From Armatimonadota bacterium (lineage in GTDB: Bacteria > Armatimonadota > Armatimonadia > Armatimonadales > Armatimonadaceae): DNA of 11,163 nt. Shown here in pieces: positions 1 through 5,978 of the stretch. Both the position numbers and the translations under genes were made by a program. The stretch covers positions 1-11,163 of the forward strand of contig JAYUUO010000171.1 of assembly GCA_043754515.1 (NCBI GenBank), in the 5' to 3' direction. Under the pieces are notes generated by a model, which ran no database searches, was not told the DNA's origin, and saw only the letters and a list, made by a program, of their open reading frames with translations. How positions within the stretch are numbered: the first letter of the stretch is position 1; the number at the start of each line of letters is the position of its first letter.

Positions 1-148
1 AAATGCGCCGGGAGGGTATCGACTTGCGCCCACCGCCAGGTTTACGTTGGTATTCTTTGCCTCCCACGCGTTGCCGTTGCGGTATGAGTGGTTCGACCAG
101 TTGCCAGAAATCCTCGGATACTTCCCAAGATTGATATTGTCGCGACAC
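1..148 (-). CDS. IS5-family transposase, N-terminal part (DUF4096-like; partial, runs off window)
   Basis: Manual translation from GTG at 148: MSRQYQSWEVSEDFWQLVEPLIPQRQRVGGKEYQRKPGGGRKSIPSRRI, matching the W..VEPLIP...GGGRK N-terminus of IS5-family transposases. SD-like AAGAGG about 9 nt upstream and TATAAT on the minus strand at 171-176. Not in the ORF track because it is truncated. Confidence 0.85.
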   Translation of the reverse strand, partial: MSRQYQSWEVSEDFWQLVEPLIPQRQRVGGKEYQRKPGGGRKSIPSRRI

Positions 149-199
149 GAGTTAGAACCTCTTTATGGGAATTATACAGGGTTATTTAAGGATAGGTTC
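1..199 (-). mobile_element. IS5-family insertion sequence, left end and 5' part (continues beyond the window's left edge)
   Basis: The minus strand reads TAA|GAACCTATCCTTAAATAACC... followed by a transposase N-terminus. A TNA target (TTA at 200-202) plus a GAA-starting end fits IS5-family IS1031/IS427-like elements. Similarity to the IS630 frame begins exactly at 200. The other end is not visible, so the terminal IR cannot be confirmed. Confidence 0.8.
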
Positions 200-709
200 T
201 TATTCTACGGGGATGCTTGCCGTGTTTCTATGATGCCCTGCGTTCCTTATGACTGGCAGTTTCGTAACGAATAAGTTTTTATGTCTTCCGCCCGTGGGGA
301 GGGGGTGAATTGTTTCGCTCTTCTTCGTCGGGATAATCATTGTATCGCCCGTATGATGAGTGAGTCGGTCACCGCGCGGTTCATTGTGGAGCAATTCGAT
401 GAGTTGTCCTTGTCAGTGGAAAAACCGACCGTGGTCGTACTGGACAATGCCCCGGTTCATCATGGCAAGGAAGTCATAGAGCGCATAGGGATTTGGCAGG
501 AGCGTGGATTGTTTGTGGTGTACTTGGCTGCTTACTCTCCGCAACTCAACATCGTGGAGATATTGTGGAGGAAGCTCAAGTAGGAGTGGTTGCGTGCGGA
601 GGATTATGCGGCCAAGGAGACACTATTTTATGCGGTATGGCAAGCATTGAAGGCGGTCGGCACTCTGCTTGAAATCAAATTCTCGCCGTTCCGACATTGT
701 GAAACATAA
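200..709 (+). pseudogene. IS630-family transposase DDE domain, inactivated
   Basis: One frame from 200 reads LFYGDACRVSMMPCVPYDWQFRNE*VFMSSARGEGVNCFALL...VVVLDNAPVHH...YLAAYSPQLNIVEILWRKLK*EWLRAEDY...FRHCET*. DNAPxH and YSPxLNxxExxW are IS630/DDE_3 hallmarks. In-frame stops at 272-274 (TAA) and 581-583 (TAG, where KYEW is expected). The 5' part is displaced by the IS5 element. Confidence 0.92.
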
Positions 710-726
710 TTTTGATCCAGTACTTA
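200..726 (+). mobile_element. IS630-family element, right-hand portion with probable right end ...TTTGATCCAGTACT|TA
   Basis: The transposase stop at 709 is followed by a short AT-rich tail ending TACTTA (721-726). IS630 elements end at a duplicated TA. The region has lower GC than the flanking genes. Confidence 0.65.
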
Positions 727-788
727 TTGGCTCATGCATTCATTCGCGGATTGATAAGCGTATTACTGGATTCTCCCCTTAGCCCCCA

Positions 789-968
789 GTACTTCACCCC
801 CCGGTACCCTCTGGGTGCTCCCTCTCCGTGCCGGAGAGGGGGGAGCCGGAGAGAGTAGGGGTTCACAGGCAAGTTGCGCACATTCGCGGATCTGCTCCTC
901 CCTCTCCGGCACGGAGAGGGAGCACCCAGAGGGTACCCGGGAGGTGAGGTACCGGGGGGGTGAAGTAC
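789..968. repeat. REP-like inverted doublet (REPIN/BIME-like long hairpin)
   Basis: 803-840 is the exact 38-bp reverse complement of 900-937. Outer arms 789-808 (GTACTTCA-C6-GGTACC) and 948-968 (GGTACC-G7-TGAAGTAC) also pair. Each arm has an internal 9-bp hairpin CCCTCTCCG-nnn-CGGAGAGGG (820-840, 900-920). Confidence 0.9.
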
Positions 969-995
969 CGCGCGAAGAAAAACGTGAAGGAATCC

Positions 996-1064
996 GCGAC
1001 GGGCGGTGTCTAAGAAATCGCGAGGTGGGACACGTCGCTCGTGCCCGTTCGTCGCCTTTTTTTT
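996..1064 (+). terminator. Possible intrinsic terminator or attenuator directly upstream of the large secreted-protein gene
   Basis: GCGACGGGCGG (996-1006) can pair with CCGTTCGTCGC (1045-1055) using two G-U pairs, followed by T8 (1057-1064). The enclosed region is long for a simple terminator. Confidence 0.4.
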
Positions 1065-1073
1065 CACACGCCT

Positions 1074-4000
1074 ATGCCAGTATCCCGTTCCCTCTCTTTG
1101 CGTCGTGCCGTTACCGGTGCCGCTTTCCCGACCGCGCTCGTCTGCGCCGCCACGCTCGGTGTCGTCACCGCACCCGTGTCCGCGCAGACGCTCTCGCGCC
1201 GCCCGATCAACCTGGTCAACACGAAGTTCGCCACGGTCTCGTCCGGCTCGCAGACCGCCGTGCGCGTCGCCGTGCCGTTCGGCGCGAGCGAGGCCGAAAC
1301 CAACGCCGCCGTGATCCGCAAGCTCAAGGCGACCTGGGCCGCGCAGACCCCCGCCCTCATCCGCTCTCTTGATGTGATGCGGCGCGAGGGGTTGCTCAAG
1401 GACTCACGCCTGCGGTTCCCGGTCTCCACCATCGTGCAGGTCGAGACCAACGGCAAGCCCGTCGTCACCCGCGCCTGGCGGGGCCGCGCGGTCGGTGGCG
1501 GCGCGCTGACCTTCCGCTACACCGGCTGGTCGGACCAGGATCGCGCCCTGATCGAGCGGCTCATTACCGCGTTCACGCCACGCATTGAGGCCGTTTACGG
1601 CAAGCCAGCGGTGTCCGGCGAGGTCGAGATAGTGAACGCCGGCTCGCTCGACAACAGCAAAATCCCCCAGGTTCAGCGTCTGTTCGCCTTCGGCGGCTAC
1701 AACGCTTCGGGCAACCAGATACTGCTCCCCGTTTTCGTCAAAGACGAGACGTTCGCGCAAGCCCTGCTACTAAATCTGATCCACGCGTATCACGGACCCG
1801 CCGTGTTCCAGTACGACGCCTGGGAGCAGGGATTCGCCCGCGCCGCTGCGTCCGTGGTCGCCCGCACCCCTGATTATGGGTTCGCCGACGGCTCCGCGAA
1901 CAACCTGTTTTCGTTACTGCGCTGGTACGATCTGCTCAACCAGCCGGGCCTCGGAAACCCCACCTTCTTCCCGCCGTCCCAGGCGAATATCCAACTCGAC
2001 GCCACGTCCGGCGGCTTTACGCTCGGCAAGATGACCTTCCCGCGGATCGGCATGAGCGGCGCGGCGTGGCTCAAGGTCTACATCGAAAACCCGGACTTCT
2101 TCCGCCTATTTAACGAGGCTTACTACGCGCGGTTCGACCCCGCCGCGTCACCGTCGCTCGCCGGGAATGTGCCCGAACTCAAAAATATCGCCGCGTTGCT
2201 CCTGCCGAACGGCGTAGAGGGCGCGCCGTTCGCCGACTGGTTCGCGCGTCAATACATCCTCGACACGTCGGTGTCGGTCGGGCGCAAGCTGTACGCGTTC
2301 GTGATCCCTGGCTCGTTCGATGCCACGAAAGGGCAGTCGAACCTGATCCAGGTGATCTACTACCACACCAAGCCCGACGGCGACGAGGAGTTGCTCGACG
2401 GGCAGGTCTACTCGATCTTCCACGACGCGACCGGCGCGACCGTGCGGCTTGGCGTCGCGTCGGAGCAGGTACAGTTGCTGGACGGCGAAGGCTCGATCAC
2501 CACCCAATCATTCACCATCGGGGAAGGCCGCCTGACGCTCGACTTCTCGGTCGGCACCGAGACCGCCCGCACCTACGTCCCGAGCGGCTTCACGGGGAAT
2601 CTGCAAGCCGTCGTGCTGGGCGCGAACGCGTCTGGGCGTGCCATCTCCGTTACACAAACTACGCCTGCTTCGTCGGCATCCGACACCACGACCTCCGCAA
2701 ACGCCGGTTTCGGGATGAATCTGAGTTCCGCGCCGAACGACCTCGCGAAGACCGTGATCACCTACACCGACAGCACGGGCGCGGTGAAAACGTTCAACAA
2801 GAACACGGGCGATGGGCAGTCCTATCTGGTGCTACGTACGAACCAGAACGGCGGCGAGTTGTCCACGGTCACCAAATCGTTCGCTGTCGGCCAGTTGCCG
2901 TTCTTCGTCTCGTTCCCGCTTCAGCCGCTCGTCACCGGCGTCCCGGACGCGCTCGGCATCGGCGCGGGTGATTTCGTGCTGTCCTATTGGGATGTGATCG
3001 GGAACCGCTACTCCGAGGCGACCGCGGACCCCAAAACGAGCATCGGGTCGCTCGCGGCGGGCCGCGCCTACTGGTTCAAGCCGCTTCCCGCCGACCGCTC
3101 GCTTAGCTCACTCGCCGTGCGATTGACCGGTGCCCTGCCCGTCACCGACGTTGACTTCCCCGTCGCCGTGCGCTACGGCTGGAACATGATCGGCACGCCG
3201 TTCACGAACGACACCCTGATCGTGAAAGACATACGGGTGCAGGACCAGAACAACAACGCGCTGAGTTGGGATGACGCGGTCGCGCAGAACCTGGTGTCCG
3301 CCCAGCCGTACCGCTTCGACCGTAGTAGCGGACAGTTCGTGGTCACCGACTCGATCAACGCGCCGGAATGGGAGGGCGTGTTTCTGCGGGTGCTCGTGCC
3401 CCGCGGCTTGACCCTGCTGATGAAGGCACCAGACGCGACCACGCGCAAGGTGTCGCCTCGCTCCCGCGCCGCCCTCGCATCGTCCTCCGCGCCGCGCCCC
3501 GACTGGGCGGTGACCCTGCGCACGCGCCAGGACGCCGACCCGCGCATCGGGTTCTTCCGGGCGGAGGCGACCGCGACGTTCGGGGTGGCCCGTGGCGCGA
3601 CTGATGGCTACGATAACCGGCTCGATCAGGAGGAGCCGCCCGCCGTGGTGCCGGGCGTCGGCGTCGTGTTCGACGCGCCGACGCGCGGGATCAAGGGCGC
3701 GGGCGGCCGGTTCGTCGCCGACTTCCGCGACGCCGCGAAGCGCGAAAACCAGTGGCAGTTCACGTCGCTCGCCGTCGCGCCGGGTCCCGTGCGCTTGCAG
3801 TGGGACAACCTGAACGCGGTGCCGCGCGCGACGCGCCTTCTGCTCACCGACACAGAGACCGGCGAGGTAACGCCACTCCGAAACCGCTCGTCCGTGGTCT
3901 GGACCGCGACCGACGCGAAACGCTCCCGCCGCTACACGATCACTGCGCAACCGGCGCGGACGATGCCGCTCATGCTGAGCAACATTCAGATCAGCCGCCT

Positions 4001-4289
4001 CGGGGGGCGGGCGCAGGGCGGGGCGGGCGGTTTCGGAATATCCTACAACGTGACGTCGAGCGCGGAGGTCAGCGTGGAGGTCAGCGCGCTGGGCGGCAGA
4101 CTGATCCGCCGTTTGGACAACAGCGGGCGGGCGATAATGGCGGGTCGGCAGTCATTGTTCTGGGACGGGCGGGCGCAGGATGGTGGCTCGCTTCCGGCGG
4201 GTGCCTACCTGTTAAAAATCACGGCGCGGCCGACCGACGGCGACGGGCTTCCGGTGACGACGATTCGCCCGGTGCAGGTACTGAATTAA
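1074..4289 (+). CDS. Large secreted protein with degenerate metallopeptidase-like N-terminal region and C-terminal FlgD Ig-like domain
   Basis: ORF 1041..4289. ATG at 1074 is preferred because it gives a Sec signal (MPVSRSLSLRRAVTGAAFPTALVCAATLGVVTAPVSA|Q). The C-terminus SYNVTSSAEVSVEV...GGRLIRRL...GRQSLFWDGRAQDGGSLPAGAYLLKITA is a typical FlgD_ig pattern. GWNMIGxPF and GRAYW motifs lie in the middle. Codon usage is strongly GC3-biased. Confidence 0.85.
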   Translation: MPVSRSLSLRRAVTGAAFPTALVCAATLGVVTAPVSAQTLSRRPINLVNTKFATVSSGSQTAVRVAVPFGASEAETNAAVIRKLKATWAAQTPALIRSLDVMRREGLLKDSRLRFPVSTIVQVETNGKPVVTRAWRGRAVGGGALTFRYTGWSDQDRALIERLITAFTPRIEAVYGKPAVSGEVEIVNAGSLDNSKIPQVQRLFAFGGYNASGNQILLPVFVKDETFAQALLLNLIHAYHGPAVFQYDAWEQGFARAAASVVARTPDYGFADGSANNLFSLLRWYDLLNQPGLGNPTFFPPSQANIQLDATSGGFTLGKMTFPRIGMSGAAWLKVYIENPDFFRLFNEAYYARFDPAASPSLAGNVPELKNIAALLLPNGVEGAPFADWFARQYILDTSVSVGRKLYAFVIPGSFDATKGQSNLIQVIYYHTKPDGDEELLDGQVYSIFHDATGATVRLGVASEQVQLLDGEGSITTQSFTIGEGRLTLDFSVGTETARTYVPSGFTGNLQAVVLGANASGRAISVTQTTPASSASDTTTSANAGFGMNLSSAPNDLAKTVITYTDSTGAVKTFNKNTGDGQSYLVLRTNQNGGELSTVTKSFAVGQLPFFVSFPLQPLVTGVPDALGIGAGDFVLSYWDVIGNRYSEATADPKTSIGSLAAGRAYWFKPLPADRSLSSLAVRLTGALPVTDVDFPVAVRYGWNMIGTPFTNDTLIVKDIRVQDQNNNALSWDDAVAQNLVSAQPYRFDRSSGQFVVTDSINAPEWEGVFLRVLVPRGLTLLMKAPDATTRKVSPRSRAALASSSAPRPDWAVTLRTRQDADPRIGFFRAEATATFGVARGATDGYDNRLDQEEPPAVVPGVGVVFDAPTRGIKGAGGRFVADFRDAAKRENQWQFTSLAVAPGPVRLQWDNLNAVPRATRLLLTDTETGEVTPLRNRSSVVWTATDAKRSRRYTITAQPARTMPLMLSNIQISRLGGRAQGGAGGFGISYNVTSSAEVSVEVSALGGRLIRRLDNSGRAIMAGRQSLFWDGRAQDGGSLPAGAYLLKITARPTDGDGLPVTTIRPVQVLN

Positions 4290-4304
4290 ATGCGAGGATA
4301 CATC

Positions 4305-5252
4305 ATGACGGATCGGGGCAGAGGGCGGAGGGGATTCCTGGGCGCGTGCGCGGCGACGGCGGTCGCGCTACTGGCGGGTTGCGGCGGGGGCGGCGGGGAC
4401 AAAGGTGGCGGTACGCCCAACACGGTAGTGACGGGAATCGTGTTGAACGCGCTCGCGGGGGACGATAAACTCGGAGGCGCGACGGTGATGATGGGCCAGG
4501 TAAAGGCGACTACGCCCACGGTGGACGGCGCGAGCGCGACGAATAATGTCGGCACGTTCCGCATGGAAAATGTGCCCGTCGGTACCGCGACCGCGGCGAT
4601 CACGTTTCTGAACACGCGGCAGAACGCCACCACGCTCCTGCCCGAAACGTTCATTGACACGCAGACTATCGCGTTCTTCCCGCCGGTGACGCGTGGGAGC
4701 AACGGGCCGTTCGAGCTAATCGTCAACATCGGGCAAGTCAGCGGGCGCGTGGTGCTACCGAGCGGCACCCCGGCGAATGGTGCTTTCGTCACGGTGGCAC
4801 CGTCTGGCTTCACCGCGACCACGGACCCGCTGGGGAACTTCCTGGTCTCCAACATCCCCAACGGTCCCATTCAGGTGAGCGCGGTGATCGGCACCGCGTC
4901 CGGCGTGGTAAACGTGACAGTCGGGAACGGCCTTTTAAGCATCGGCGATCTGAAACTGATCGAGGACCTGAACGCGGCGGTTCCGCCCGGCTTCCCGGCG
5001 ACCGTTGTCGGGAAGGTGACAACGAACAACGGGCAGAGCGGCGCGGGCGCGACCGTGATTCTGCTACGGGACGGGAGCCAGATCGAGGAGACGGCAGCTG
5101 ACGCGACCGGTAGTTTCGCGTTTTTCGTGCCCGTCGGCAACTACTCGGTGCGGGTGCTCAAGGACGGCTACGTAGAGGGCGACGCGAACGGGACGCTGGC
5201 CGACCCGAACGCGCCCTTGCGCCTCGACGTGTCGGTCGCACCGCGCGTTTGA
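4305..5252 (+). CDS. Lipoprotein with twin-arginine-type signal and tandem carboxypeptidase-regulatory-like (beta-sandwich) domains
   Basis: GAGGA (4294-4298) lies 6 nt before ATG 4305 (alternative ATG at 4290). N-terminus MTDRGRGRRGFLGACAATAVALLAG|CGGGGG has an RRGFL motif and an LAGC lipobox. About three repeats of V.G.V...GATV...T(D)..G.F....P.G follow. It directly follows the upstream gene. Confidence 0.85.
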   Translation: MTDRGRGRRGFLGACAATAVALLAGCGGGGGDKGGGTPNTVVTGIVLNALAGDDKLGGATVMMGQVKATTPTVDGASATNNVGTFRMENVPVGTATAAITFLNTRQNATTLLPETFIDTQTIAFFPPVTRGSNGPFELIVNIGQVSGRVVLPSGTPANGAFVTVAPSGFTATTDPLGNFLVSNIPNGPIQVSAVIGTASGVVNVTVGNGLLSIGDLKLIEDLNAAVPPGFPATVVGKVTTNNGQSGAGATVILLRDGSQIEETAADATGSFAFFVPVGNYSVRVLKDGYVEGDANGTLADPNAPLRLDVSVAPRV

Positions 5253-5419
5253 GAGGGGGCAGTGTCTAAGAGGGCGCGGGCAGGGTCTGCAAAGAGGTGG
5301 GTATGAATGGGGTAGGGGAAATAGGAATGCCGCGAAGCGCGTATATCGGGCTCGTCGCGGGCGTGCCTCTTTGCGAGGGGCAGGCGGCGCGTAGATCGGA
5401 ACGCGGAAGGGGCTGGCGT

Positions 5420-5971
5420 TCAGGAAGTACCAGTGACCGTGGGATCGTTCCCCGATTCAGTAAGCAGTCGGTCAACCAGTACAATCAGTTCACCGGGATT
5501 GAAAGGTTTGACAATGGCTTCGATCCTGCGGTTTGGGTGTCTCGCCTGAAGTCGCGCGTTGATGAGACCTATTGGGTTCGGTCTGTCACTCGCTACCGCA
5601 GTGAGAACGATTATCGGCATCGTTGCGAATGTTGGTATCTGTTCTATCCAGCCGAGCAGCTGGAAGCCGTCCCCGTCTGGCATCATGACGTCTGTAATCA
5701 GAAGATCAAATCTGCCTTCATTCAATTTGGTTAAAGCGGATCGCCCGCTCTCGGCGACTTCGACGGAGTAATCCACCCGCTCCAATCTGACTTGAATCAA
5801 CCGACGAATGTTCGGCTCATCGTCAACGACTAAGATTTTCGGCGGCGGTTGGCGAGTTTGCCGTGGGTTATCGTCAACGACCGAGGTTTTTGGCGTTGTT
5901 TCGCGGACTTGCTCTGGTTTCGTTTTGAAAAAAAGCCTGTTGAAAAGGAGCCTGAACAATTTCATTATCAT
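5420..5971 (-). CDS. Stand-alone response regulator receiver (CheY-like) with N-terminal extension
   Basis: KILVVDDEPNIRRLI, DLLITDVMMPDGDG (phospho-acceptor Asp), PIIVLTA and KPF are present, with no output domain. Start at ATG 5971 or 5965, just after the phosphatase stop. The ORF-track start at 6037 overlaps the upstream gene. Confidence 0.88.
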   Translation of the reverse strand: MIMKLFRLLFNRLFFKTKPEQVRETTPKTSVVDDNPRQTRQPPPKILVVDDEPNIRRLIQVRLERVDYSVEVAESGRSALTKLNEGRFDLLITDVMMPDGDGFQLLGWIEQIPTFATMPIIVLTAVASDRPNPIGLINARLQARHPNRRIEAIVKPFNPGELIVLVDRLLTESGNDPTVTGTS

Positions 5972-5978
5972 AGGGGAG

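Noticed and set aside
47..274. 75-aa ORF
   Set aside because: Chimera of the antisense IS5 end and the IS630 pseudogene frame, not a real gene.
741..891. Short direct repeats CATTCGCGGAT (741-751, 881-891) and CCAGTACTT (717-725, 786-794) as target-site duplications
   Set aside because: They do not bracket the whole REP doublet or the IS symmetrically and are too short to interpret.
789..968. CRISPR array
   Set aside because: The repeats are inverted, there are only two units, and there are no regular spacers or cas genes.
1010..1040. c-di-GMP-I riboswitch-like GTGGGACAC segment
   Set aside because: Lacks the GCAAACC and GAAA-tetraloop arrangement and the downstream stem, so the resemblance is superficial.
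732..1372. ORFs 732..1067(-), 815..1372(+) and 1006..1314(+)
   Set aside because: They translate the palindromic repeat or overlap the real gene out of frame. Arg/Pro-rich with no recognisable motif.
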